From the NCBI GenBank assembly GCA_903813345.2, contig CAIIXF020000001.1, positions 14,818,001 through 14,882,000 on the forward strand: DNA of 64,000 nt, written 5' to 3'. This document shows, piece after piece, positions 48,111-61,923 of this stretch. The notes under the pieces are model-generated. The model did no database searches and was not told the origin of the DNA. It worked only from the letters and a program-made list of their open reading frames with translations. The stretch is from Owenia fusiformis. Its lineage: Eukaryota. The first letter of the stretch is position 1. Each line of letters begins with the position of its first letter. Made by a program: the position numbers and the translations under genes.

Positions 48111-49638
48111 AATACATATTTTCACATATTCTATGTTCTTTTTAAAAGACTGAACCTAAAATGCTAACCTCTTAGTGACTGGTCACTAATATTGCGAACA
48201 TCAATATTGTAAACAATGATATAAAGAAATAAAACAAATTATAAAAAATGCTATAAGGCAAAGTGGTCTCAACTTTCCACATTGCCTTTTAATTAACGAA
48301 AATAAAAAAGAATACTGCAAGACTTTCATAACTTGTAGAAGAAATGTCACACTCTGCACAAATCCCCAAAACTTCCCTTTTTTCGAAAACATCAATTAGT
48401 GGAATACAATAAAGATAAAAGACATTCAAGATGCATTTGGAACATTGTTATGAAAGCTAATAGCATTATATCTCTGATTAGAAATTTCTTGCATTTGACA
48501 TGTCAATGGAAACATAAAGTATAATCTACAATTTAGTTCAGTGAAGTGTACAAACAACTTTTCTATAATTTCTTTGTATGAGAGCACATAGAAAGGTTTA
48601 TTCAAAGACAAAATTAGGCTGGAACCTCTTTAAACCATATTTATCATATTGGGATTTGTTTTTCAAATGTTTATGCTCTTTAGATGTCCTCTTTCATCCT
48701 TGACCTGACATACTGATATTTTGTACTATTCTATAAGACTGTAACAAGAGTGTTAAGTAAAACCCCTTAAACAATATACAACTGGATTTTTGCAACAAAT
48801 AATTACAATGATCGTGCCATTAAATAAAAAATCTCCTTTAAATATATTCTCCCGTGGAGAAATCATGCAATTTTTATTTGAATTAAATACTTTTATGAAA
48901 AATATCCAACAGCTTAGCATCATTACATAAATTGAAATCCTTTTAGCTTTAGAAAATTGTAACGTGATGGATAACCTATAAACTGCAAATAGGGCATCCA
49001 TGAAAATCTGAAAAATATCTGATATATTTATGGCAAATATCCATAGCATACATGTTCAATGCTGTAAGCAGAGTATTCAATCAGGTCAGGAATGTGAAAT
49101 TCTCATTTATGAATGTATTGTTAATAAATCAATTAGAGGGGGGGGTGTATAGAGATATTGTATATCGTATAAGAGGCTGAAAATTTATTGTATATTGTAT
49201 AAGAGGGGGCAAAATTTATCGTATATGGTATAAGAGCTGTAAAAAATATGGTATATGGTATAATAGAAAATATGGTATCTAGAATTAAAAAAGGCTAATT
49301 ATGAAGAAAGTGCACCCTAAAGTTCCCCATTGTGCCAACTCTCTTACTGTAACCGTGTTGGAAAAACATGGAAAAGTAGTCTCTCTAATTGGTTCCACAT
49401 TCCAGGTCAATCAATACTGTAAGTTTAGAAAAAATCCTTCTCAAACTAAGAGATCTAGCTGATTTTTGGTAGAAAATTCAACAAATCTTGAAGATTCATT
49501 TTTCAAGAGAAAGTTTACAATTGAATGGCTAAATGAATAGACGCAGTGGACGGGGGAATATGTTAGGTCTTCTTGGATTTTTTTGAACTGTGGAGTTCTA
49601 AAATAAAAGATCTATTAAAAAAGTGCAGCGTCGACAAT

Positions 49639-50130
49639 GTGCAAATGCCAATTTTTTGCTATAAATCAACCAACAGGGGTCTACACCTGTAATAAATACT
49701 TGTAAGTGAAGTAATTATCACAAAACTATTGTCATCATTGGTTTTGTAAAACACGTTACCATACGTTATATAAAAAGTAATCTAACGTTATCAAAATTGA
49801 ACGGAGGGGGGAGTAATATGTCTATAAGACATATGAAAACTTCCATTAACTCCATATGTCCCCATTTTTCACTTTTCAGAGTTGTAACATCAAGTACACA
49901 AATTTTTGGAAATTTCTTCCACCTTAAAGACATATTACTCCACCCCCCCCCCCCTCCGTTCACTCCCCCCCCCCCTCCGTTCAATTATTCGATTATTTTT
50001 ATCTATCATTTGGAAAATTATTTTAAAAAACCGGCAAAGAATTTTGTGATAAAAACGTTGCTTATATATTTATTACAGGTCGTACAGACCATTGTTGCTT
50101 GATTTATAGCAAAAACATTGGCATTTGCAC
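49639..50130. repeat. Nested inverted repeats inside the G8/C8 element
   Basis: GTGCAAATGCCAAT...GCTATAAATCAA...ACCTGTAATAAATA (~49639-49698) is inverted at ~50068-50130; an inner pair AATTGAACGGAGGGGGG..GAGTAATATGTCT (~49795) is inverted at ~49929-49987. Confidence 0.7.
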
Positions 50131-50323
50131 GTTGGCGATGTTGAATCATCTTAACTTTGATGAAAAATATGGTCACTATGGCTACTCCGTGTTTCGGGGT
50201 ATGTGGGATAAATCATTAAAATATTTGAGTATAAAGTGTTCATACAGCGCATGTTTTAATACAAGCATCACAATGCTAATATAGCATAATATAGCAAAAG
50301 GTTTTTATTTGGTCTTCAAACTG

Positions 50324-50859
50324 TCATATGTTGGATTTCGGCTATTTATTGGGGATTTGAACAGGTGCATACTGTATGTTAGGCCAATGCATTAACTCCA
50401 GATCAAGCAATTTGATTGAGCAATTGATGATAATTTGGACTTTGAGACAGGGAAGGTTTTTTCTGAAATTTTGTTCTGATTTTTAGCCCTTTCCATATTC
50501 CACTCATGTGATCCATTGTTTTCAGCTAAATTTTGGTCATTCAAAATTGATGTCTTTAAAACCCCTGCATGAATCATATTTTCATTTAAAATGCAACAGA
50601 GTGATCGATGCAACAAACATTGAAAAACAGGTGTGGAAAGGACTGGAAATCAGGACAACATTACAGAAAAAACATGTTGATGGGGTGCAAATTTGCACCT
50701 TCCCTGACTTAAAGTCCAAATTATTTTATGATCTCTATAAATTGCTTGTCCTGGAGTTAATGCATTGGCCTAACATATGCACCTGTTCAAATCCTCAGAA
50801 AATAGCCAAAATCCAATATATGACTGAAATCTGTTGCGATATCGTCTGTGGTCCTTTAA
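50324..50859. mobile_element. MITE with ~85-bp inverted arms and a Kolobok-like right end
   Basis: ~50324-50412 is the reverse complement of ~50739-50825 (TTTGAACAGGTGCATA...TGTTAGGCCAATGCATTAACTCCAG); right end ...TCTGTGGTCCT|TTAA; the matching left terminus is not seen. Confidence 0.6.
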
Positions 50860-53800
50860 AAGAAAGTTATTTCTAGTTGCATAGAGTAGTTTTCATTCTC
50901 ATCAAGACATCTTTGCCTTGAAATCATTCGTGAAACATGTGGTTTGAACTTTATGGAAATTTGCTTTATTTTGACACACCTTTATTTAACTTATACTGTC
51001 TTTAAGGCTGCCTTATCTGAAACCCCGAAGTGTCTCTTGTTTCAAATGTTTAAACAATCAAGTCTCGTCTTGTCTTTATTTCAAACTCTAATTTCCAGAC
51101 TCGAGTCCAATCAAAAATGAATTATCTACATGGAAGTTTGTGAAGTCCTTTATTTCTGAAACTGTTTTCAATACTTAATATTTTCAGGTAACTGCTTTAC
51201 AAAATCATTGTGCATTGTGAATCTTCATTACCTATCTGATACATATTTTCCTCGGCAAACTTTATTTTCATAGAACACATGATGAATCTTTTATTCCACA
51301 TTCTCAATTTTGCATCAATTACTCGTATGTTTCAAGGATTTTTTTCCCTGGCTCACTATGAAGGATTCCATTGACATTAAAATATGTCATGGGAAAGTAG
51401 GTCATAAGAAAGAGGAACACTGAGTTCCACCCATTCCAATGATGCAGGTTTTGTGCTAATTTTGAATATCTTTATGGTACTTTTACAGGTAATGAGCTAA
51501 TGGCTTTAGCAAATTGCAGAAATGTTAAAGTTAGTTTTTTGGTCAAAGTAGGTTGTGAAATCACTAAAGATAAGTCATGAATCTTATATCATAAATGTGT
51601 TTTAAATCAACTTGTTTACCTGAAAATAAAATGTGGTCACAGCTTTTCTGAACATGCGGATGTACCCGAATGGTGTCTTATTCATAATGTAATAAATGAA
51701 ATCATTGTGGTATGTATGTGGAGTCTATTTCCCTTATAATAATACATTTACTTTAGTACATGGATTCTCTCCTAATATTATTTCCTTATAAATATCCAAA
51801 CTTTAATCAAAAGCAGTTTCAAAATTATCGTATATTGTATTTCACCTAAAATATTGTATATGGTATAAAAGGGGTGAAAAAATATTGTATATGGTATAAG
51901 AGAGCTGAAAAATATTGTATATGCATTTCCAAGACCCTCTATACACCCCCCCCATTAGAGTTAAAATGAACATCATCAGGTCTAAAACTTTGCTCTGTGA
52001 CCCTGCACTATGTTATTAAATTGCTTGATATTTAACCTAATACCTAAAATAAGCCGAGTAAAATATGCAATAACAGATTCCTAATGCATCATGGGGATTA
52101 TAGCCATTGTTCTAATACATTTCATGGGTTGCACATCACATCCTTTCTTTTTTAACTAATACAGACTACAGGTGTATTGAACTAGTCACTGAAGGGTCAA
52201 TAACTGTTTCCTGGGATGAAAGCTTTGTTAATGCGTATTGCTATCGTATTTGGAACATTGTGCTCTCATTTAATTTTGCATTCATTTAACACAGAATCTA
52301 GTCCCACACCATTTTTAAAACCGTTTTGTAAAAATCATAAGAATTCATATTCTGCCTTATGGAAATCATTTCAATGCATATTTTATATCAATTAGAATAA
52401 AAAAAATCTTGGAATAATAATATATATACTTTGTGAAATATGATAAGAGGATTGAGTCATTTATTTATTCCTGTTTATCCTATGCCAAGTAGAGTTTTAG
52501 GGAGATAAGTTGGTAAGATATATCCCGTATCCTGATTTTGAGGTTTCCATATCCAGAACCTCCATATCTCCCGCCATATCTCCCGCTTCGGTGCATATCT
52601 TCCCGCTTCCGGTGCATATCTTCCCGCTTCCGGTAATGCAATAAAATGACTTTGCATATGAATGATTTGTATATTTTTACACCTTGTAGTATTGAAATGA
52701 CTATATGCCCCTGAAAACTCAACTTGGTATAGGATAAAGCAGTTATGTACGGTCGGTTTGGATATAGGGTTCATCCCTCGTGAGATATGCACATCTACCT
52801 TCGGTCCCTACGGTCCCTCAGGTAGATATGCATATATCCCTCTGGATAAACCCCATATCCAAAACCTCCCAGTACATAACCCTTATATATCCAGACAAAC
52901 AAATTAAAGATGAACTGAAATGAATTTCGAGAAGATGCTTTAAGTGTATAAGTAGGTAATATAACAATGATAAAGGTTGCAATTAGACCAAAGTTATATT
53001 CATTGTACTGTGAAGATATTCCCAAACCAGTGCTTATACGCATCAGATATCTTCACTTTTGACATCTTTACACAACTTGGTCAATTGATTGTATCACCCA
53101 ATCACATAAAACCCATCATGGTTTCATTCTACCAAATATATACTTTGAGCAGTGAAAATTTGTTAATAGCTCTAGAGTTCTGAATCAATACCACTAAATA
53201 TACAGTAGGCTTGGATAAGTTTTACCCTAACTTTTCATACAAAGGAGTTGAAAATGAAAAATTTCCGATGAGCTTGGGAATAAATGAGCGTGAATTGAAC
53301 CTTGTAATGAAATAGAGTCTTTTCCTCATTTGTTTTATTTCTCTCATTTGCAGCTTAATATTCTCTTTTCAATAAATAAGGCTATTAGCTATATGAGACC
53401 ATTATTTATATCAGGCTATTTCAGTCAAATACATATTCAAACTTAAAAGTCTGCCATTATCCTTGGGATTTGCATATACTCTCATCATCTGCATTATTGT
53501 TTTTTTCACACTCTTCTTATAGAATGGATTAACACCTTCTTCTGAAGCATTTGTTATATTAACGAGCATAATTACTGGAATGCATCGTTCATGCTTCAAT
53601 GATTTAACCTTCCATAATAAATCAGGTATACAGTATTTTCGAAAACTGGAGACAACTTTGATATGCTGTTCAAAATCCAACATTTGATTTAAACATAAGA
53701 TGTCTCTAAAGGGTCTTGTCTTGTCTTCACTACAAAATTCAAATACTGCAATGGTGTTTACAATTAAGATAAAAAGATGATAAGTGATTAATTGTTATTT

Positions 53801-55631
53801 GGACTCTTGTGATGAATTTTGCAATAGAATTGTACATATTACATTGGGCAGGACCTGAGTGATGCAGTAATACCTTCAACTTGGATCCATAATCTTTGAA
53901 TGAGGGGAACATCATATAATAGTCCTGTGCATTATTGAGTATTATCTAAGTATATAAGCTGTCCAGGTTCTTAACTTATTATTCATATGCAGTTTGATCC
54001 AGATAAATAAATATCAATACCCAAACAATATTTCCTGGGACAATATACTGTTTTTTGACCAGCCTTTAAACATGGCTTGTCACCTTAAAGAAACCATTTC
54101 TAAAGCAGATATCTTTACAATACGCTTTAATAACTTAGCACACAAATGTTATTTCTTCATAACTGTGTACAATTCACATCATTATTGCACTTGAATAACA
54201 CTAAAGGTTTCCGATAAAATGTTTTGTATTTTCCTCTTAGCTGTCAATTCAACTGACTCTTTGATGTAAATAATTTGAAAATAATATTCTCTCACGTTGA
54301 GATATGTCTTAAGCCTCTATAGAGCTGTCCTACTGAAGTATTTTCTTTCAGTAAAATATTTCAATGCAATAATCCAAAGGCTCCACCAACAATGGTTATG
54401 ACCTTTTAGTATTGATTAGAAAAGATGTATCGTAGGATGAAGACAGAATTAAAACCATTATTTCTAAGAACACTTCAAACCTGTAATGTTAAAGCAGCAG
54501 AATGTATATATTTTCACACATGTGTCATTTATTCAACTCATATTCAATATTAAGAATTTGTGTGATTTGAATATCACAGTGTTGTAACCATTGTAGAAAC
54601 TACAGTTTCCGTAAAATTTACAAACTTTTATATAAAAATCATCTGTGTTCTTTGCTCACTGGAAATACCTAATTTCATTAATTTTTGAGAGAATTAAGAA
54701 CATGTACTTCAGTGGAACAGCATGTGCCATCTAGGGTCTCTCTGTTTGGTCATATCCTGATAGAATGTTATGATAGCCTTTGCTTCAATCAATTCTCTCT
54801 AACTGATGTTTTGTAATAAATAATTCATATTTCATTGTAAGTATTTTGTTTCTTATAATTAAAACAGACAACTGCATAGAAAATAAAGCTGAATTAAATT
54901 GAATAAAATGTATAGGACTAAACAGTCTTTAGGGAGGGGAATCTTATGTCAGTGGTCTGTATCACATTGGACTAGGATATGCTAGGCAGGGTTCAGCCAA
55001 TATTATGCAGAACACTCAAATTTCTGCTATGACATGAATAGAAAAAGGATATTTGGGGTTAATCTTATGGAAATACTTCCATTGATATTTTTCTAATGCT
55101 ATGTTTATCAGAAAATCTAAGAAAAGAACAATAACTATTTTTAAGCTGAAAAGTCATTATTAATATTGTTAATTGTTAATTAAGTGTGAAGCACTTTGGT
55201 ATTACTTTTATGCATTTCCGCCATAAACCTTTAATTAATACAGCTGATAATCAACAACTCATTATTTCTATGAAAAACATTCATTTTCTGAAGAAGTACA
55301 AATTGACTTTGACTTAATGAATAACAATGCTAATATCTGAGTTGAGTGACCAGCCCATGGGGGATTGCTCATATTGATTTAACCCATTACCAATAAAAAG
55401 TAGTAGTTATGTTTGCAATACTAAGTTAAACATTATTATCTTATTTTCAATCAATTATGTTAATCATTTAAAGTGGCTTTGGTCAAGCATTTATCATTGA
55501 TTTAAAATGATTGATGTATTTTTCGTGAAGACTTCCATTGGTTTTAAAGATATATTGATTGCAAAGAGCCATTTATTAAAAGCCTTTCATTACTGTAGGA
55601 GTTAATCACTTGGCATATATGGGGACCCTAA

Positions 55632-57300
55632 GCACGGGGGATAAGCAAAACGAGGGCGAAGCCACGGACTGCGACTCGCGTAATTCAAAACGAGGTTACA
55701 ACGCATTATAGCTGAACAATGGCAGTAAGTCCAAACTTAATTTGGAAGGCATGTTAGGATTTGGGGTAGATTATTGGTTTGGATATTCTACAGAATAGCT
55801 AGTATGTTCCAGTCGGTGATCAACATATTCATACTCCATCTGCAATGGCATTCTTGGTGCTCGGCTGTCCAATAGTTTAGCATGAACACAAATGAATTCG
55901 AAATCTGCCACAAAAAATGTAATTTTGTCAATATTTGTCCCTAATATACCGATTTAAACAAAGGAATCAGAAATGATATCGAATTAATATAATTATTCAT
56001 GTTCTGTTGTTACAATTACATCTTCGTGTGATATTTGGTAAGCGGAAAACGTACAATTACATAGAAAATTGGAATTTATAATAGTCGCAGTCCATCCATC
56101 TGCCCAACGCAGTCCGCGACTCAGTGTTGCTTTATATCTGAAGCTGAACGCAATCACAGCCAAAGGTAGATAGCACAATGTGAGTACAGGTGTGGCCGAA
56201 ATGGAGCAACTTTGGACAAAATTGAATATAAAGGGCTATTTTAATAAACCTATATCGTGTCTCAATCCATTCTGCAAATATATACAAGCTGTCAAATACA
56301 GCTGAAATCATGAATTTATGGTAGCTAGCAATATTGATGGACTGTTGGAAAGATCATCCAAAATTACATTAACTCACCAACTCTCCAATTATTTGATATT
56401 TTCCTGATATCTTAAATACTAGTTAATGTACCCTTCCCCAACAGCTTTTATTGCATCATCAAAAAGTTAATTGTTTCGCATTTCTACTTCTTATAAAAAG
56501 TCTCACCACTATCCAATTATCTATATATTTAACCCTATCCACAAATTGGTTTGTAATAAACATATTACGTTGTCATCTTGCGCTCGACTGTTCTGCCAAA
56601 TACGCTATTGAATTGCCATATTTCTAGGTCTTAAACGATACAATATAGCAATTTGGGACATTGGTTCAGGTAATAGATATATGTTAATCAACGTAACTTT
56701 GAATGATAATCTGGATGCTGACTTTTCTTTTCCTGAAACAATAATAGCGTAGGAATATAGTTTACACTATCTTATTTATTTCGTGTTCGCGGCTGGACTG
56801 CGTTACTTAGAATATAAATGGAGGCTGTGTTGCGTTGTTGAAATAGCTTTGTTTACTGGACTGCGTCCACTATGAATGCGCAGTTTGAATCTAATTTTCT
56901 CCTCATGAACACATTCTATTATCAAATCATTTTCACGAATTATACTCGGAGCCTTAACTAACCTTTAGATATCAGAAACGTGTTAAAAACTCCTTTCAAA
57001 TGTATAGTAAACTAAATAATATGCACATATTTTACAGGTAAAATCAGAACTTTGCTAAAGTTTTAGCTTGATCTGGACAACTGCTTATTTTCTTATCTAC
57101 AGACCAACAGTAGATACAGAGTAATATTTTGGTCACCGATTAGACACTACGATAGCATTTAAAATACCTGGATTTCTCTATTTTGTCGGAAGAAGCAGAA
57201 GGCACTGCAGGATGTCCCTCCATTTTGGCGCTGGGCTGCGGTGTAAAGTTACGCGAGTCGCAGTCCGTGGCTTCGCCCTCGTTTTGCTTATCCCCCGTGC
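55632..57300. mobile_element. Non-autonomous PIF/Harbinger-type element (1669 bp)
   Basis: Perfect 52-bp TIRs GCACGGGGGATAAGCAAAACGAGGGCGAAGCCACGGACTGCGACTCGCGTAA; 3-bp TSD TAA (55629-55631, 57301-57303); no long ORF inside. Confidence 0.88.
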
Positions 57301-58798
57301 TAAGGGGTATGAAGTAAAAGGTGATAGGGTGACATAGTGGATTTGGCGCATCTAACTTGAAAATTGAGAAAATCAATGTAACAAGGACAAAAAAAAGATT
57401 CTGTCAGTATGGAGAAAATACAGGAAAATCAGTATTTCAAGGTCAAAATAGTAATAAAAACATTTATGTTCCATTCTTCTATGTCAGAATGTGTCCTTTA
57501 CAATGACATTTGAAAATAATCAAAAAAATCAGCAAAATCGGGCAGAACTATGACAAAATAAAATTAACATGCAAAATGCCACCACCTACCATTTGTTACA
57601 GACATAGATCACAAACAAACGAATGTGGTGGTAACTTAAAATCCAACAAAAACAACAAGCCATTACCCTTAGAGAGATAAAAGTGGTACCTGTAGTGACC
57701 CCCAGGGAACTCCCATATATCTACATGTATAAGGAAATCCTGGACCACATACAGTATATACTATGTGAAACAAAAAGCAAGAACAAAGTCTGTATTACCA
57801 AAAACAATGTATCTCAAATTCCATATTCTTATCAGATTAGAACATCACAATGAATGTATTTTCTGTAATTTTAACTTGTATAACTTTACCATAAATAACG
57901 AATTGAAGTTATATTTTTTTATCAAAGGAAAGACTAGATATTAGGGGAATACCAAGGTCATAATGTCAGAATTCTATTCATCAGCCTAGATAACAAAAGA
58001 TAAAAGAACTCTAGTTCCGTAATATATTGTGCAAGGTAATATATTAAGAGCAGTGTTTCCAACATGCAGTAAAACTATGTGTTGCACAATGAATATGCCA
58101 AGACATGTTGAAGCTGCAAATGGGAAGAAATAGGATCCACAAATTAGGTTAATTGTAAATACATAGCTGTTGATATTGAACAAGGTCCCTTCTTCTCATT
58201 TGACCCCCTCATAAATGAACCTGACAATAGGGGGAAGTAGATGGGAAGAGTGGGGGAGTCCAGAAGATTAAAATGCTGAAAGCTATCTAAACATTCATCC
58301 TCCGATCACAGGGCTTCAAAATCCAGAATATATTCTTTCTTTTTACGCCCTCTGATAAGCAGTTAGCATTTTTCCGATTAAGAACTCGCAATCTGATTGG
58401 CTGTCACAACACTGCGACAGAAATCATGTATAAGTCATTGCGCATAATTAGAACACGTGATTCAGTTTAATCGGGTGCTTCCAAATTGGTTATAGCAGGG
58501 GGAAGAAGGAGGTACGGATTCTGGATACCTGCTTGGGAGGGTGAAGAGCATTATGCCAATATTTTTCTTGCAATATCTTAATTTCATTTTCTGAAAAAAG
58601 GATATCTGAGGAATAATGGAAGCTATTGAAGATTGCAGATGAAGAAATTTCAAAATTCATTTTTTGCAACACAACCTTAGAACTCAATGGATCATCCTGA
58701 AATGAATACAGAACTGTTGGACTTTTCAGAAAATGGGCATGACATAGAATGATGAGAACAAAGAATACTGCAATATTGTGACAATCTTATGAAACTTG

Positions 58799-59180
58799 CT
58801 CCCATCTTATCTTTATCTCTTCTTTTCCCATCTTGTCTCTATCTCTTCTTCTCCCATCTTGTCTCTATCTCTTCTTCTTCCACCTTGTCTCTGTCTCTTC
58901 GTCTCCCATCTTATCTCTATCTCTTCTTCTCCCATCTTGTCTCTATCTCTTCTTCTCCCATCTTGTCTTTGTCTCTTCTTCTCCCATCTTATCTCTATCT
59001 CTTCTTCTCCCATCTTGCCTCTGTCTCTCCTTCTCCCATCTTATCTCTATCTCTTCTTCTCCCATCTTGCCTCTATCTCTTCTTCTCCCATCTTGTCTTC
59101 TCCCATCTTATCTCTATCTCTTCTTCCCTCTTGTCTCTATCTCTTCTTCTCCCATCTTATCTCTATCTCTTCTTCTCCCT
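58799..59180. repeat. 26-bp pyrimidine-rich minisatellite, ~14 copies
   Basis: Unit CTCCCATCTTRTCTCTATCTCTTCTT; copies at 58851 and 58903 are 52 bp apart. Confidence 0.95.
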
Positions 59181-60418
59181 CAATGTACCTCACTGTCAAA
59201 ACATGAACCATTAAAGTTCCACTTAACGGATGCAATCCACCGAGTAATACAAAAAAACTGCAATTGTTATAAAAGTCAATCTAAATATGACTTGGAAGAA
59301 CTCTTGGAAATTGGCACAATTAAGATAATGTTTCCAGAGATAGAAACATTGGCATTCTATTTAATGCTAAAGTCACAATGACAATTCTTTGATGTATGGT
59401 CGCCTTACATGCCACACAAATGTCTGATCCCGCTCACCATCCTGATGCAAACACTGGTGATATATGACATCGCAAATTGCTTATAGTAATTATTGATTCA
59501 TCTATGCTCCAGTCATAAACTCCAGTAAAGCAAAAAATTAAGCTTACATGCTGTCAAATAAATGAATTTAACACACAAGAAATGTTGTTAAGGCCTGTCA
59601 GACAATTGAACTAACACACATTCACAACTAATAAGAATGGTCACTGAAGCATGCATTAATATCCTTTCTTATTATGCTCAACTAAGTTGAAAACTATCGT
59701 GGCATTGTGAAATTAGGTCTTGAATGCCATTATTAGAAAGGTTTGCACTTCTCTTCTTGGATTTATCATTGAATTGAATTAATTTGTTAAAAGAAATCTT
59801 CAAATAACAAGAGACGATGAGAGAGCCGTAGAGTAGGAAGAACTGAAAAATGTTGAACATGTTCTGTCACATAGGCAGAATGCCTTTGGTGAATCTAAAA
59901 TGTATAATGACATCACTAATAATATCCAGTAGTTGATTTTGGTACTCTGGATCAAACATGTAACTTCATGGTATACCACATATTGTAAAACACTTCGATA
60001 GATCAAGATTTCAATGCTCTTTTTGTTTTTTGTAATCAGAGAATGTAACTACAAGCAATAGAGACATGGCAGTCTGATTATTCCGAACAAACCTGTGCAA
60101 TTTCTCAGTCAATTCAATACCTGATGCAGTGCAGCATCAAACCCAATTTAGTAATAAATTAGCTCATCTTTAGGCTTAAGTTCTCAAATAAGTTCAACAA
60201 CATATAAACACTTACAGGGGGTTTCATTAATCAGTATAGAGTATAGATTTACATGATGCAGCTCAATACAACATTCAGCTTTGAAGCAGGACCTGTTTAA
60301 GACCAGCACAATGGCCAAAGGAGTAAAATTTAAGAAACACAATAGAAACAGAATACAGGAGAGGACTTAGAATAGGCAGTAGACTCTGGTTCAATCCTTA
60401 TCATTATGTTAAAACCAC

Positions 60419-60545
60419 CAGGCCCGTAGCCAGGATTTGCCAAGGGGGGGGGGTTCAATTTTCAAAAATTTCCAGGGGGGGTTCACATTTGACAATTTTG
60501 GTCCAGTCGCCCGAACCCTGCAAACCCCCCCTGGCTACGGGCCTG
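60419..60545. mobile_element. 127-bp hAT-type MITE with 5-bp TSD
   Basis: Perfect 16-bp TIRs CAGGCCCGTAGCCAGG / CCTGGCTACGGGCCTG; ACCAC on both flanks (60414-60418, 60546-60550). Confidence 0.82.
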
Positions 60546-61821
60546 ACCACTATAAATCATTATACTGTAGGATAATGTAATGAACACATAGACGAATAAA
60601 ATATTCTTAATAACAAACAGAACACAGAAGAGTACAACCTGTTTCAAAGAAATGAACCCAACCATCCAACAAATGATCAAATTCAGCAACAGTGCCAATT
60701 TAACTCATAAATTACAATATGTTACAGCAAAACAAATTGTAAGCTTGTTTCTTCAAAATAATCAACATTCAATTCCATCCAAACAATACATTGTAGTGCC
60801 TAATACAAGCAAGAAAACAACTTTCCATATTTAATCCAATTCTGAATCCATTTGTTCATCCTGCAAATAATATAGTCATTACAATAATTTAATTATGTAA
60901 AGATGGATCAGTGGATTGTGCTACCAATCAGTTATGACTTGAAGATGTATCAGATTCCCTAATGCTAAGAAATAAGCATACAATTCAATTATGATCAAGT
61001 GACTGAGAATTCACAGATCCTCCCACTGATGGATGGATGAAGCATCTTCACATGTTTAGGGTTGCCTTTATAATATATACGTAGAGATATCATGCACAAA
61101 TCTTATATGAGCAGTACCTTGCACAGGGATGCAGCCATGATCGAAAAACTGCAAGGCAAATTCAAAACCAAACCAGAAGAGGAAATTGAGCTCCTATGAG
61201 ACACAATTTCCACAATTTTAATTGTCCAAATGACCAATATCATATTTGCATATTTGCATGTTTCTATGGTTCTAGTGTTCAGATCTGATACAGCAACTGT
61301 AAAACCTGAGATAGACTGGACCGTGAAATTAAAAGCTAATCTTCTTAATTTAGATTGTGGTCAATGGAAAATACAATTAGATAGAAGTCCTTAAAATTAC
61401 TGTAGTACTCATATATTAAACATCTTTGATATATCTTGGAATTGAGTGAATACATTATAAATTTTGAAGGGGTTGCTTTGACTTATCTATATTTGTGATG
61501 ATTCTCCCTGCATCTCTAACATGATAAGATCTCATCAAGTCGGATAAAATCATTAATACTTATACATAAAGGCATTACTCTGAGTTGGATCCATTTTCAA
61601 TATTTCTATAAAGAGCTTCACCTTTCATGCCAATCAGTAAACTGCCACATGTTGTTTTCTTCGGATTCACTCCCTGGTTCATCATTACTCATAATTATTC
61701 TCCTGTTCATCAACAACCTTTTGAAATGCTTTGCTTTTATCTCTTTTTATATCAAGTGAATATCACTACATGTATTTCCTTATTTAGTTATAAATGAATA
61801 TCTCAGTTAGAAAACAACACA

Positions 61822-61923
61822 GGGAATAAGTCATCCCCCTGTCTCTATTATACCCAATACAATAATAGTAATACCGGGTATAATAGAGAGAGTGGGAGAG
61901 GGGGGGGGGGCTGACTTATTCCC
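61822..61923. repeat. Small foldback element
   Basis: GGGAATAAGTCA.CCCC / GGGG.TGACTTATTCCC plus inner CTCTATTATACCC / GGGTATAATAGAG; TAGAAAACA occurs near both flanks. Confidence 0.65.

Larger units (their letters stand above)
49138..51953. mobile_element. Unclassified non-autonomous TIR element (2.8 kb) with G8/C8 termini and nested MITEs
   Basis: TIRs GGGGGGGGTGTATAGAG / CTCTATACACCCCCCCC; direct repeat ATTAGA on both flanks (49132-49137, 51954-51959); ~30-bp subterminal tandem repeats at both ends. Confidence 0.8.

Noticed and set aside
50167-50190. YGHYGY peptide as candidate TASK exon 2 (also the acceptor at ~62141)
   Set aside because: No AG acceptor in phase at 50167, and it lies inside a transposon; the 62141 frame reads GFDVLTF... 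with no channel similarity.
52475-52880. ORFs with repeated PEAGRYA / REDMHR peptides
   Set aside because: Produced by a ~21-bp tandem repeat (TCCCGCTTCCGGTGCATATCT); probably a transposon fragment with undefined ends.
58789-59381. Overlapping 136-182 aa Leu/Ser-rich ORFs that look like membrane proteins
   Set aside because: They are translations of a stop-free 26-bp minisatellite, open in all three + frames.
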